Part shown: positions 25,966 through 37,111 of the stretch, piece by piece
Position numbering within the stretch: position 1 is the first letter of the stretch
How the letters are laid out: each line of letters starts with the position of its first letter
Assembly: GCA_963730185.1 (NCBI GenBank)
Contig: CAVSQW010000001.1
Coordinates: 1 to 64,000, forward strand
Source: an uncultured Gemmatimonadales bacterium
Lineage (GTDB): Bacteria > Gemmatimonadota > Gemmatimonadetes > Gemmatimonadales > GWC2-71-9
Length of the DNA stretch: 64,000 nt
Direction: 5' to 3'
The notes under the pieces: generated by a model
Database searches by the model: none
What the model saw: only the letters and a program-made list of their open reading frames with translations
Told to the model about the DNA's origin: nothing
Translations under genes and position numbers: made by a program

Positions 25966-26639
25966 GAGTCATGACCGCCAGCCTCGCGGCGCCCCCTCGG
26001 GGCGCCGCCGAGGCGCCGGCCCGACTCCGGGAGCTGGATCTCATGCGTCGCCCCGCCCGATGGCTCCTCGCGCTCGCCGCGCTGCTCTTGCTCGTCACCT
26101 ACGTGGCGCCGCTCTGGCACATCGCGCTCCAGGCCCCGCAGTACCCGGAGGGGCTCGGGATGTACATCTGGTCCAACCGGATCACCGGCGAGAAGCCGCA
26201 GGACCTGAACAGCATCAACGGGCTGAACCACTACATCGGGATGAAGCCGATCGTGCCCGAGGCGATTCCCGAGCTCCGGCTGATGCCGATGGTGGTGGCG
26301 GGTCTGGTGGTCGCGGGACTGGGCGCGGCCGCCTGGGGGCGGCGAGCCGGTCTGGTCGTCTGGACTGGCGCCTTCCTGGCCGGCGCTGCCGTCGGTCTGG
26401 TCGACTTCTGGCGCTGGGGGTACGACTACGGGCACCACCTCAATCCTGAGGCCGCGATCAAGATTCCGGGGATGACCTACCAGCCGCCCCTGATCGGGGC
26501 CAAGCAGCTACTGAACTTCCGAGCCACCTCGCTCCCCGCCCTGGGTGGGTGGGCCGCCATCCTGGCGCTCGGGCTGGCCGTCGGCCTGGTGGTATACGAG
26601 TGGCGGCGCCGCCGGCGGCCCGCGGCGGTCGCGGCGTGA
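25962..26639 (+). CDS. nosB: NosB-like membrane protein of clade II nos clusters
   Basis: PLW.I.LQAPQYPEGL, INGLNHYIGMK, YGHHLNP, YQPPLIG. Overlaps the nosZ stop. Confidence 0.85.
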   Translation: MRVMTASLAAPPRGAAEAPARLRELDLMRRPARWLLALAALLLLVTYVAPLWHIALQAPQYPEGLGMYIWSNRITGEKPQDLNSINGLNHYIGMKPIVPEAIPELRLMPMVVAGLVVAGLGAAAWGRRAGLVVWTGAFLAGAAVGLVDFWRWGYDYGHHLNPEAAIKIPGMTYQPPLIGAKQLLNFRATSLPALGGWAAILALGLAVGLVVYEWRRRRRPAAVAA

Positions 26640-27094
26640 GCCTCCTGGCGCGGTGGATCGTTACCCTCGGCGGCGTGGCCGCCCTGGGCTGCGCCGCCCC
26701 GGCGCCCCGAGCGCTGGTGCTGGACGGCGACGTGTGTCGCCACTGTCACATGACCGTCGCCGACCCGCGGTTCGGCGGCGAGATCGTGCTCGGCACCGGC
26801 AAGGTCTACACCTTCGACGACGCCGGCTGTCTGGCGGCCTATCTGGACGACGGCCCCGTGCCCGCGGATCGGATCCACTCGCTCTGGGTGGTGGACTATC
26901 TGCATCCCGAGTCGTTGGTGCCGGCCGCCGATGCGGTCTACCTCCGTAGCTCCCAGGTCCAGACCCCGATGCGGTACGACGTGATCGCCACCCGGCCGGG
27001 GGCTGCGGCCGACAGCCTGGCCACGGCGCTCGGGGCCGCTCGGCTCAGCTGGCCGGCGCTCCGCGCCCTGACCCGGGCGCCCGCGGGGGTCTGA
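26636..27094 (+). CDS. nosL: NosL copper chaperone lipoprotein
   Basis: Lipobox ALGC, CRHCHM, FDDAGC, TPM. Confidence 0.9.
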   Translation: MSLLARWIVTLGGVAALGCAAPAPRALVLDGDVCRHCHMTVADPRFGGEIVLGTGKVYTFDDAGCLAAYLDDGPVPADRIHSLWVVDYLHPESLVPAADAVYLRSSQVQTPMRYDVIATRPGAAADSLATALGAARLSWPALRALTRAPAGV

Positions 27095-28290
27095 TGCTCG
27101 CCCTCTTGGCCCTGGTCCGATTGGTAGTGGGGCCGGGCGCCACCTACTCGACCATCGATCAAGCGCTGGCCGAGGCCCGCCCGGGAGACACCATCGAGGT
27201 CAGGGGTGGCGAGTACCGGGCCGCGGCCTACCTGATCGACCGGCCCCTGACCCTGATCGGGCGGATGAAGCCGGTCCTGATCGGACCGGGCGACCGGAGC
27301 ATTATCCACGTCACCGCCGACGACGTCACCATCGCGGGGTTCGTTCTCCGTCACGTGGAGTCCAGCGGGACCGAGGACCGGGCCGCGATCTTTCTGGACG
27401 GCGTCCGCGGTTGCCGGATCGCCGACAACGAGATCCGGGACAGCTTCTTCGGGATCCGCGCGGCCAAGGTGGCCGATTGCGCCGTGGTCGGAAACCGGAT
27501 CGTCGGGTCGCGGTTGAGCGACCAGCGAAGCGGCAACGCGATTCACCTCTGGTCGTCCGATCGATTGCTGATCAAGGGCAACGACGTGACCGGGCATCGC
27601 GACGGGCTCTATCTCGAGTTCGTGCATTCGAGCCGGCTCGTGGACAACGACAGCCATGAGAACCTCCGCTATGGGATGCACTTCATGTTCTCGGACAGCT
27701 GCCTCTACCAGCGCAACCGGTTCCGCCGGAACGGCGTGGGCGTCGCGGTGATGTATACCAATCACGTGACGATGGTGGACAACCGGTTCGAGGACAACCA
27801 GGGGCCGGCCGCCTACGGCCTCCTGCTCAAGGACATCAACGACAGCCGTTTGCGCGGCAACCTCTTCGTCCGAAACACGGTGGGTCTCTATCTCGAGGGC
27901 TCCAACCGCCAGCGGGTGACGGGCAATCGGTTTTCCGGCAATGGGGCGGCGGTGCGGGTGCTGGCCAACGCCATCGACAACGTGTTCGCCGACAACGTCT
28001 TCGTCGGCAACGCCTTCGACGTCACGACCAACAGCCGGTCGGCCACGAGCCGGTTCGAAGGGAACTACTGGGATCACTACCGCGGATTCGACCTCGACCA
28101 CGACGGGTGGGGCGACGTGCCCTATCGGCCGGTCCGATTGTTCGCCCTGGTGGTCGAGCAGAACGAGCCCGCCTTGATCCTGCTCCGAAGCGTGTTCGTG
28201 GAGCTGCTCGATCAGGCCGAGCGGGTCCTGCCCGTCCTCACGCCGGAGCTCCTGGTCGACGCCCGGCCCCGCATGGAACCGCCGCGATGA
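27094..28290 (+). CDS. nosD: NosD periplasmic maturation protein
   Basis: Beta-helix repeats, GNAIHLW, RDGLY, RYGMHFMFS, GVAVMY, GNYW. Confidence 0.93.
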   Translation: MLALLALVRLVVGPGATYSTIDQALAEARPGDTIEVRGGEYRAAAYLIDRPLTLIGRMKPVLIGPGDRSIIHVTADDVTIAGFVLRHVESSGTEDRAAIFLDGVRGCRIADNEIRDSFFGIRAAKVADCAVVGNRIVGSRLSDQRSGNAIHLWSSDRLLIKGNDVTGHRDGLYLEFVHSSRLVDNDSHENLRYGMHFMFSDSCLYQRNRFRRNGVGVAVMYTNHVTMVDNRFEDNQGPAAYGLLLKDINDSRLRGNLFVRNTVGLYLEGSNRQRVTGNRFSGNGAAVRVLANAIDNVFADNVFVGNAFDVTTNSRSATSRFEGNYWDHYRGFDLDHDGWGDVPYRPVRLFALVVEQNEPALILLRSVFVELLDQAERVLPVLTPELLVDARPRMEPPR

Positions 28291-29027
28291 CGGGCCCGGC
28301 CCGGGTACCCTCGGAGGTGCGGGTCGAGCGGCTGTCGAAGCGTTTCGGTCGGGTGGCTGTCCTCCGCGATCTCGACCTCGTCCTCGCCCCGGGGCGGATC
28401 ACGGCCGTCGTCGGACCGAACGCGGCCGGGAAGTCGACCTTGATCAAATCGATCGTCGGCCTGGTGCGTCCCGATGCCGGCGCTGGCCGGATCCTGATCG
28501 ACGGCCAGGTCGTCGGATCCGATCACCGCTATCGGGAGCGAGTCGGGTACATGCCTCAGGCGGCCCGTTTTCCGGACCACCTGACCGGCCGGGAGGTATT
28601 GGCCCTGCTCCTCGGCCTCCGTGGTAACCCGGCCAACGCCGATCTCGAGTTGATTGACCGGTTCGCGCTCGAGCCCTCGCTGGACCAGCCGATCCGAACC
28701 CTCTCGGGCGGTACCCGCCAGAAGCTCAACGCGGCGGTGGCGTTCCTGTTCCGGCCTAGCCTGGTGATCCTGGACGAGCCGACCGCGGGGCTGGACCCGC
28801 TGGCCAGCGCGATCCTCAAGGACAAGGTGCTGGCCACCCCGGCCGCGGGTGGAACGGTGCTCCTCACCTCCCACATCATGAGCGAGATCGAGGAGCTGGC
28901 CCAGGACGTGGTGTTCCTGGTGGAGGGCCGGGTCGCCTACCAGGGCTCGATCGGCAACCTGGTGGCCAGCACCGGCGAGTCCCGGCTCGAACGGGCGATC
29001 GCTCGACTGATGGGCGGGGGTCGATGA
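28287..29027 (+). CDS. nosF: NosF ABC ATPase
   Basis: GPNAAGKST, LSGG, ILDEPTAGLD, between nosD and nosY. Confidence 0.9.
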   Translation: MTGPARVPSEVRVERLSKRFGRVAVLRDLDLVLAPGRITAVVGPNAAGKSTLIKSIVGLVRPDAGAGRILIDGQVVGSDHRYRERVGYMPQAARFPDHLTGREVLALLLGLRGNPANADLELIDRFALEPSLDQPIRTLSGGTRQKLNAAVAFLFRPSLVILDEPTAGLDPLASAILKDKVLATPAAGGTVLLTSHIMSEIEELAQDVVFLVEGRVAYQGSIGNLVASTGESRLERAIARLMGGGR

Positions 29028-29815
29028 GCACCTTCCGTACGGTCCTGGGCTCGCAGCTCAAGAACGTGGCTCGGAGCCGCTGGCTGCTGGCCTACACCGT
29101 GAGCCTCTTCGGGATCACAGGGCTCCTGCTCCGCTTCGGCGGCAGCGGGGAACGCGCCCTCCTGAGCCTGCTCAACGTGGTGCTGCTGTTGCTGCCCCTG
29201 GTTGCCGCCATCTTCGGGACGCTCTACCTCTACAACGCGCGGGAGTTCATCGAGCTCCTGCTGGCCCAGCCCGTCGGCCGGAGCGCCCTCTATCTCGGAC
29301 TCTTCGGCGGCCTGGCGGGGCCGCTGAGCGCGGCCTTCGTGCTCGGGGTCGGCGTCCCGCTCGCGGTCCAGGCCGGGCGCGAGCCGGCGATTCTCGGGCC
29401 GCTCGCCATGCTGCTGGTGGTCGGTGTTCTGCTGACGCTGGTCTTCACGGCGTTCGCGCTCTGGGTGGCGGTGCGGGTCGAGGACCGCGCCTGGGGTCTG
29501 GGGGCGGTCCTCCTCGTCTGGCTTGGCTGCACGGTTCTCTACGACGGCCTGATTCTCCTGGTCCTGACCGTGTTCCGCGACTATCCGCTCGAGGGGCCGG
29601 TCCTGGTGCTCACCCTGTTCAATCCGGTGGATCTGGGTCGGGTGCTGCTGCTGCTCACCTTCGACATCGCCGCGTTGATGGGGTACACCGGCACGATCTA
29701 CGCTCGCGCCTTCGGCAGTGCCCTCGGCGTCGCGGCCGGGCTGACGATGCTCGTTCTCTGCGCCCTGGTGCCGCTCGGTCTCGGCGTGCGCCGGTTCCAG
29801 CGGAAGGATTTCTAG
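29024..29815 (+). CDS. nosY: NosY ABC permease
   Basis: Multiple TM helices, ELLLAQP, NPVDLGR, ALMGYTG. Confidence 0.9.
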   Translation: MSTFRTVLGSQLKNVARSRWLLAYTVSLFGITGLLLRFGGSGERALLSLLNVVLLLLPLVAAIFGTLYLYNAREFIELLLAQPVGRSALYLGLFGGLAGPLSAAFVLGVGVPLAVQAGREPAILGPLAMLLVVGVLLTLVFTAFALWVAVRVEDRAWGLGAVLLVWLGCTVLYDGLILLVLTVFRDYPLEGPVLVLTLFNPVDLGRVLLLLTFDIAALMGYTGTIYARAFGSALGVAAGLTMLVLCALVPLGLGVRRFQRKDF

Positions 29816-30225
29816 CGGCTTCGGGCGGCCCCGAAGGCCTTGATCCGGGGCGCGACTCCCGCCGCGAAGACGAGCGCGCCGACCAAGGCCAGCCCCAGGC
29901 CCAGAAGGACGGCCCACCGCCCCGCCACCGGGCCGCCGGCCAGGGAGACGATGCCGAGGTTGAAGAGGATCAGGGTGGTCCAGGGAATCCACTCCGGTCC
30001 TCGAACGGGCTCGGCCGGCATCCGCGGCAGGATCCACCAGGCCACGCCGACCGTGCCTTGCACCAGCCAGCCGATCACCATGACGGCCGCATGTCCGCCC
30101 AGCACGGGAGTGGGCGGAACCGGCAGCGCGCCACCCTTGGCCCCCAGGAGCCAGGTGCCGAGGGCGGCTCCCAGCACGAGATGAACGAGCGCGGCCCGGA
30201 CGAGCCAGATGGACGCCCGTGGCAT
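29812..30225 (-). CDS. Small 4-TM membrane protein with conserved His (paralogue B)
   Basis: MPRASIWLVRAAL...GHAAVMVIGWLVQGTVGVAWWILPR...FNLG. Confidence 0.7.
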   Translation of the reverse strand: MPRASIWLVRAALVHLVLGAALGTWLLGAKGGALPVPPTPVLGGHAAVMVIGWLVQGTVGVAWWILPRMPAEPVRGPEWIPWTTLILFNLGIVSLAGGPVAGRWAVLLGLGLALVGALVFAAGVAPRIKAFGAARSR

Positions 30226-30620
30226 CAGGGCCGCTCCCGAATCCGGGGCCAGGTGTTGAGCACGAAGCCGGCGGCGGCGGCGGTCTGGAGCAGTCCCGAG
30301 GCGAGGAGGAGCGCGCCCCGCCCGGCCAGCGTCGGCGCCGGCTCGGCGATCAGGCGGGCCAGGAGACCGAGGTTCAGGGCTCCGAAGGTGAGCCAGCCGA
30401 GCCAGACGCGGCCCCTGGGCCGCTCGGGCGAATGACGGGGAAAGAGCCAGAAGGCGACGCCGAACACCATCTGGGTGAGCCACCCGACGACCAGCAGGTG
30501 GAGCACGGTTGGGTCGAGGAGCGGGGCTCGGCCGGTGGCAGCGTCCCAGGCGGCGAAGCCGAGTCCCGAGAGGAGGGCCAGGAGGGCGGCCCGAACGAAC
30601 CAGCGGGTCAGACGGGGCAT
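30225..30620 (-). CDS. Small 4-TM membrane protein with conserved His (paralogue A)
   Basis: MPRLTRWFVRAAL...HLLVVGWLTQMVFGVAFWLFPR...LNLG...WPRIR. Confidence 0.72.
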   Translation of the reverse strand: MPRLTRWFVRAALLALLSGLGFAAWDAATGRAPLLDPTVLHLLVVGWLTQMVFGVAFWLFPRHSPERPRGRVWLGWLTFGALNLGLLARLIAEPAPTLAGRGALLLASGLLQTAAAAGFVLNTWPRIRERP

Positions 30621-30736
30621 CTGGCCGCAAGGTCTCCGGTCGCCCGCTCCAGGTCAACGCGGTGCCGCCGATCGCGGCGCGGGTCCGGGGTCGGTCGACC
30701 GCCGGCGTCGAGGAGGCTAAGCGGGCTGAGCCGGGA

Positions 30737-31732
30737 TCAGGCTTCCCGCGCCGCGCGGGCGAAGCGGGTTATGATCTCTGCTACCGGCTCGATCGCGTGG
30801 ATCGTGGCCACGCTCTTGCCGGCCTGCCAGACCGCGGTCTCGGGATCCTCGGCGCCGGCGCCCCCGGTGATCGACGTCCGTTTCAGCTGGCGGACCGTCC
30901 GGAGCGCGTAGAACGCCCGAATCCACTTCTTGGTCCGGCGGCCCTGGAACAGCCATCGAGCCAGTGGCCCGATCGTCGTGCCCACCTTCTCGACGTAGGG
31001 GGTCCGGATCACGGCCAGCGGTACCCCGCTCATTCGCTCGGTGTGGACGATGTCGGCCTCGCCGGCGTCGACGATGGCCCGTTTGTAGGCCTCGCTCGCG
31101 GTGCACTCCGTCGTGGCGATGAACCGGGTGCCCAACTGGGCGCCGGCGTATCCCAGCCGGAGGACCTCGACGAACTCGGCCTCGTCGCCAATCCCGCCGG
31201 CGGCGACCACCGGAAGGCCGAGGTCGCCTACTTCCTCCAGGAGCGCGGCGGGAGTGCGGCTACCGGAGTGTCCGCCGGCTCGCCGGTTGACCGCGATCAG
31301 CCCGTGGACGCCGTCGTCCCGACCCTTGAGCGCCCACTTCCGCTCGGTCACGTCGTGATAGACCACGCCCCCGACCGCCGCGACCCGGTCCACGACCCAC
31401 CGGGGCTTGCCCAACGACGTCACGAAGAAGCGGACCCCCTCCTCCAGGGCGATCTCGATCCAGCGGACCATCCGTTCGTGGTAGGTCTTCGACGACGCCT
31501 CGATCAGGGCATTCATCCCGATCGGGCGCGGGGTCAGCCGACGAATGAACCGGAGGCCTTCGCGGAAATCGTAGTCGTGGACGTAGGTGAGGGAGACGGG
31601 CTGGACGATCCCGATAGCGCCGGCGTCCGAGATCGCGGCGACCAGCTCGGGGTTGCTGCACGGGTACATCGCCCCGCCGATCAACGGGAGGGCAATCCCG
31701 GCCTGGCGGGTGAGCGGGGTCTCGAGATTCAT
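30737..31732 (-). CDS. Nitronate monooxygenase / FabK-like flavoprotein
   Basis: PLIGGAM, AGGHSG, PVVAAGGIGD, GAQLGTRFIAT.E, WQAGKS. Confidence 0.88.
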   Translation of the reverse strand: MNLETPLTRQAGIALPLIGGAMYPCSNPELVAAISDAGAIGIVQPVSLTYVHDYDFREGLRFIRRLTPRPIGMNALIEASSKTYHERMVRWIEIALEEGVRFFVTSLGKPRWVVDRVAAVGGVVYHDVTERKWALKGRDDGVHGLIAVNRRAGGHSGSRTPAALLEEVGDLGLPVVAAGGIGDEAEFVEVLRLGYAGAQLGTRFIATTECTASEAYKRAIVDAGEADIVHTERMSGVPLAVIRTPYVEKVGTTIGPLARWLFQGRRTKKWIRAFYALRTVRQLKRTSITGGAGAEDPETAVWQAGKSVATIHAIEPVAEIITRFARAAREA

Positions 31733-31790
31733 CTCGCGGTCTGTGCCCAATCCGTGATCACCGCAAGGCTCCGGACGGTAAGCGTCTCGT

Positions 31791-32258
31791 TCATCGTCGG
31801 GCCAGTCTCCACGTCGTGTGGACGCGACAGACCTCCGCGCCGGAGCGGTCCGTGATGACGGTCTCGACCTGGGTATCGACGGGCTCGGTCACCTCCGGCA
31901 CCACGACCCGCGCTTCGGCCGTCAGGCGCCCGCGGGCCTTGGACCGATACTCGGCCCCAATGGCCGTGACGATGCCCCGGATCCCGGGATCGAGCGCCAT
32001 CGTCATGGCGAGCCCGCTGGTGAGCTCGCCCAAGTTCACCAGCGCCACGGCGTGAATCGAATCCAAGTGGTTTCGGACCCGGCGGCGGTCGCGGAGTGTC
32101 GTCCGGCAATAGCCTGGGTCGAGCACCTCGATCCGGGCGCCGATGCTGGCACTGTAGGGGACGAACCAGCCGAACACCCGACTGAACAGCCATCGCCCGC
32201 CGGGCCAGCGTGAGAGTCGCCGCCAGAGCCCCGCCAACGTTTGTGCCTGAGACGCCAT
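31791..32258 (-). CDS. Hotdog-fold thioesterase (PaaI/DUF4442)
   Basis: PYSASIG, VRNHLDSIHAVAL, KARG. Confidence 0.85.
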   Translation of the reverse strand: MASQAQTLAGLWRRLSRWPGGRWLFSRVFGWFVPYSASIGARIEVLDPGYCRTTLRDRRRVRNHLDSIHAVALVNLGELTSGLAMTMALDPGIRGIVTAIGAEYRSKARGRLTAEARVVVPEVTEPVDTQVETVITDRSGAEVCRVHTTWRLARR

Positions 32259-32311
32259 GGGCAGGGAAGCTCGGCAGCGGGTCGAGGCCCGTCAATGGCC
32301 GCGAGCCCGCC

Positions 32312-33076
32312 TCAGAGCTCCTGACGTCGAAAGAGTAGCACGGCGAGGGCGGCGAGGAGGATCATGGCGATCCCAGCGGTCGCAATCGGCCAGGCGACCG
32401 GCACGGGCTTCGACGCGAGGGCTCGCCCTCCGGCCCCCATCAGTCCGGCGAACGAGTATCGCTCCGCCGGTGGCCAGATGGTCGCGACGAGGCTTAGGAA
32501 CAGGAAGCCGAGCCCGGCACCCGCCGCGCCACCGCGGGAGTGGAAGACGACGGAGAAGAGGGTCATGACCACGACCAGCAAACCGGCGTACACCAGCCAG
32601 AGGAGCGTCGCGACGATCAAGGGAGCGACGGGTGCCGGCGGGAAGACGGCCCGGGTCACCGCCAGGCAGACCCCCAAGGCCAGCGTGGTGGCGCCGGCGA
32701 GCAGGGCCAGCTGGGCGGCGAGCTTGGCCAACACGAAGGCGGTCCGGGAGAGCGGCTTGCTCAGCATCAGGATCGCGGTGCCCGAGGAGCGCTCGCCGGA
32801 TACCACGCCGGCGCCGGCGATGATCACGGCGATGATCACCAGCTGCGACAGGTTCCTGAAGAACTGACCATAGGCGTCGAGCGCGGTCGGTTCCGGGAGC
32901 CGAATCACCAGGCCCGAGTCCGGCCCCGCCAGGGAACTCACCAGCTTCGGCGCGACCAGGGCGAGGAACGGGCTAGTCGCCGCGAAGAAGAGCAGCATGC
33001 CGGGAATCACCCAGATCCGCCAGGTACGGCGAATCTCGGCCAGTTCCTTCCCGAAGAACGGGCCGAACCCGCTCAT
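32312..33076 (-). CDS. ABC-2 type transporter permease
   Basis: KELAEIRRT, GERSSGT..MLSKPLSR, six TM segments. Confidence 0.85.
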   Translation of the reverse strand: MSGFGPFFGKELAEIRRTWRIWVIPGMLLFFAATSPFLALVAPKLVSSLAGPDSGLVIRLPEPTALDAYGQFFRNLSQLVIIAVIIAGAGVVSGERSSGTAILMLSKPLSRTAFVLAKLAAQLALLAGATTLALGVCLAVTRAVFPPAPVAPLIVATLLWLVYAGLLVVVMTLFSVVFHSRGGAAGAGLGFLFLSLVATIWPPAERYSFAGLMGAGGRALASKPVPVAWPIATAGIAMILLAALAVLLFRRQEL

Positions 33077-34005
33077 CGTGACGCCTCGCCGACCAAGCGG
33101 ACGAAGACTTCCTCGAGGCTCACCTCGCCGGTCTCGAGCCGGCGCAGTCCGAGACCGAGGGCGGCCACCGCCTCGGGCACGGCGCGCTGGGCCCGAGCGA
33201 CATCCGAGACCGTGAGCTGGAGCTTGGAGCCGTCGCGCTGCACTCCGCTCAGCCAAGCCGCTCCGGCCAGTCGTTCGGCGAGCGCGGCCGCGTCGCCGTC
33301 GACGTCGACCATGAGGCGTTCCGCAGCAGCCCGGCGCTTGAGCTCCGCCACCGGCGCGCTGGCCACCACCCGGCCCCGGTCCAGGATCGCGGCGGTGTCG
33401 CAGACCCGCTCGACGTCGGCCAGGATGTGGGTGGAGAAGAAGACCGTGGTCCGCTCCCGCAGCGACGCGATCATGTCGAGCACCTCGCGCCGCCCGATCG
33501 GATCGAGCGCGCTGGTCGGTTCGTCGAGGAGCAGGAGGCTGGGAGCGTTGACCAGGGCTTGGGCCACTCCCAGGCGCTGCTTCATTCCCCGTGAGAAGCC
33601 TCCAATCCGGGTGGTGACCCCGGAGAGGCCCGCCAGGTCGAGCAAGGTGTCCACTCGCTCACCGAGCTCGCGCCCGGCCAGACCGAACAGTCGGCCGGCC
33701 AAGTGGAGGAATTCGGCGGCGGTCATCCATTGGTAGAAGGCCGGCACGTCGGGCAGGAACCCGATTTCTCGTCGGACCTGACCGCCCAGGGCGGTGAGGT
33801 CGTGACCCAGGACTCGGGCCGATCCGCTCGTCGGCCGCGCCAGACCGGTCAGGATCCGGATGGTCGTAGTCTTGCCGGCCCCGTTCGGACCGAGGAACCC
33901 GAAGACGGATCCCCGCGGCACTTCGAACGTCACCGATTCCAGCGCCGTCGTTTCACCGAAACGCTTCCGGAGGGCATGGGCCTCGATGGCCAGCGGCGTG
34001 ATCAC
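33073..34005 (-). CDS. ABC transporter ATP-binding protein
   Basis: GPNGAGKTT, FSRGMKQR, LLDEPTSALD. Confidence 0.92.
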   Translation of the reverse strand: MITPLAIEAHALRKRFGETTALESVTFEVPRGSVFGFLGPNGAGKTTTIRILTGLARPTSGSARVLGHDLTALGGQVRREIGFLPDVPAFYQWMTAAEFLHLAGRLFGLAGRELGERVDTLLDLAGLSGVTTRIGGFSRGMKQRLGVAQALVNAPSLLLLDEPTSALDPIGRREVLDMIASLRERTTVFFSTHILADVERVCDTAAILDRGRVVASAPVAELKRRAAAERLMVDVDGDAAALAERLAGAAWLSGVQRDGSKLQLTVSDVARAQRAVPEAVAALGLGLRRLETGEVSLEEVFVRLVGEASR

Positions 34006-34313
34006 CGGCGATCCCGGCCGCCGTAGAGGCGGTCCAGCGCCCGGTCGCGGGCCGCGCTGGAGGCGGAGCCGGTGACCCCACCGGCGGGTGGTGACGCACT
34101 CCGACCGACGGCGAGGTAGATCACCGCCCCGAGGAGGTTTCCCAGGACGATCACCACGGCCCAGATCCACTTCTGCCCGCCGGGAACCGCCGGGCGCCGG
34201 GCGAGATCGACCAGCGAGTAGACCTGGAGGACGAGTTGGATCAGGAGGAGCAGCCCGAGCGCGACGATCGCGATGAGCGGCAGGCCGGCGAGGAGCTCCG
34301 AGAGTCGGGTCAT
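34002..34313 (-). CDS. PLDc_N-domain small membrane protein
   Basis: SLVDL.RR...KWIWAVVIVLGNLLGAVIYL. First gene of the ABC operon. Confidence 0.8.
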   Translation of the reverse strand: MTRLSELLAGLPLIAIVALGLLLLIQLVLQVYSLVDLARRPAVPGGQKWIWAVVIVLGNLLGAVIYLAVGRSASPPAGGVTGSASSAARDRALDRLYGGRDRR

Positions 34314-34417
34314 GTCTCGAAGCTGGGGGCTGGACCCTCTTCGCGCCAGATCCGCCCTGGCGCTACTCGTCGCGGACCCTTCCGAGGCGATCTGGTGCCC
34401 TGCCGTCCGTCGCCGAA

Positions 34418-34610
34418 GTCCATCTCGGTTCCGAGGTGCGGCGAGCGCTCGAAACCGGACGCCCCCTGCTGGCGCTCGAGTCGCCCTGGCTGGCCCACCG
34501 GTCGCCTGGGCGACCGGCTTCTCGACCGGGGTGCTGGTGGCGGTCCCTTGTCCCGACGAGACGGCCTTTCCCGCCAAGAGAGGTCGCCGCGGCGCTCGGC
34601 GCCCTGGAGT
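34418..34610 (+). pseudogene. psuG: Remnant of pseudouridine-5'-phosphate glycosidase
   Basis: VHLGSEVRRALETGRPLLALES resembles the PsuG N-terminus and is followed in another frame by GFSTGVLVAVPCPDETAFP, resembling the PsuG C-terminal part. The middle is deleted. Confidence 0.5.
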
Positions 34611-35035
34611 CAGCTGGCGAGAACCCCGCAGGGACGGAAGACCGTGTCGTCAAGCGCGGGCGAGAACCGGTCCAGGTTGCCGGTGCCGGGAGGGATGAGG
34701 CGCGGGTCGAGCTCCGGCACGTCGTCACGGCGGAACCGGCGGCGGAGCGTGAAGCGGACCGTCCTTCCGTAGCCGAACTCGATCGGCGCGCCCTCGGCCG
34801 GTACCCGGTCGAAGTAGGCGCGCACGCTCTCCTCGTCCTCCGCGATTTCGATCCACCGGGCCCGGGTCCGGCCCACCCGAACGAAGGGGATCCCGTCCCG
34901 CCGGGGGAAGTAGCCCCAGACGAGGCGCAGGCGGAGCAGGAGGTGAGGCCGGCCGTCGAGGTCGCGCAGGATCTGGCGGCCTTCCCATTCGGGTTCCCGG
35001 TGGCCGAGCTCCGGCCCGATCGTTTCGTGCTGCAT
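34610..35035 (-). CDS. Hypothetical protein (141 aa)
   Basis: ATG with a purine-rich RBS and plausible composition. No motif recognised. Confidence 0.55.
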   Translation of the reverse strand: MQHETIGPELGHREPEWEGRQILRDLDGRPHLLLRLRLVWGYFPRRDGIPFVRVGRTRARWIEIAEDEESVRAYFDRVPAEGAPIEFGYGRTVRFTLRRRFRRDDVPELDPRLIPPGTGNLDRFSPALDDTVFRPCGVLAS

Positions 35036-35240
35036 CTCGTCTTCTCCCGGTCAGGGGGGCCCGCCGTCCGTCGTGACGCATCGGACGTTAGGATTCGGGC
35101 GGCGGGCCAACAAGTTGGGAAGAAGCCTGGCCTTTCCCCCTGGGAGTTTTCCTGGGTCCCCTGCCGCCGAAGGGGCCTAGGCACGGCCTGAAATCCGGCG
35201 GAGGTTGCTCACGGTGGTTCGGAGGCGATAGGATTCGAGT

Positions 35241-37042
<1,802 letters not shown>

Positions 37043-37111
37043 GGCCCGCCCCCGCTGAGCCGGGGAGCGGCCGCCTCGCATTCCGGGCATCGGCTGGCCA
37101 AATTCAGGTCG

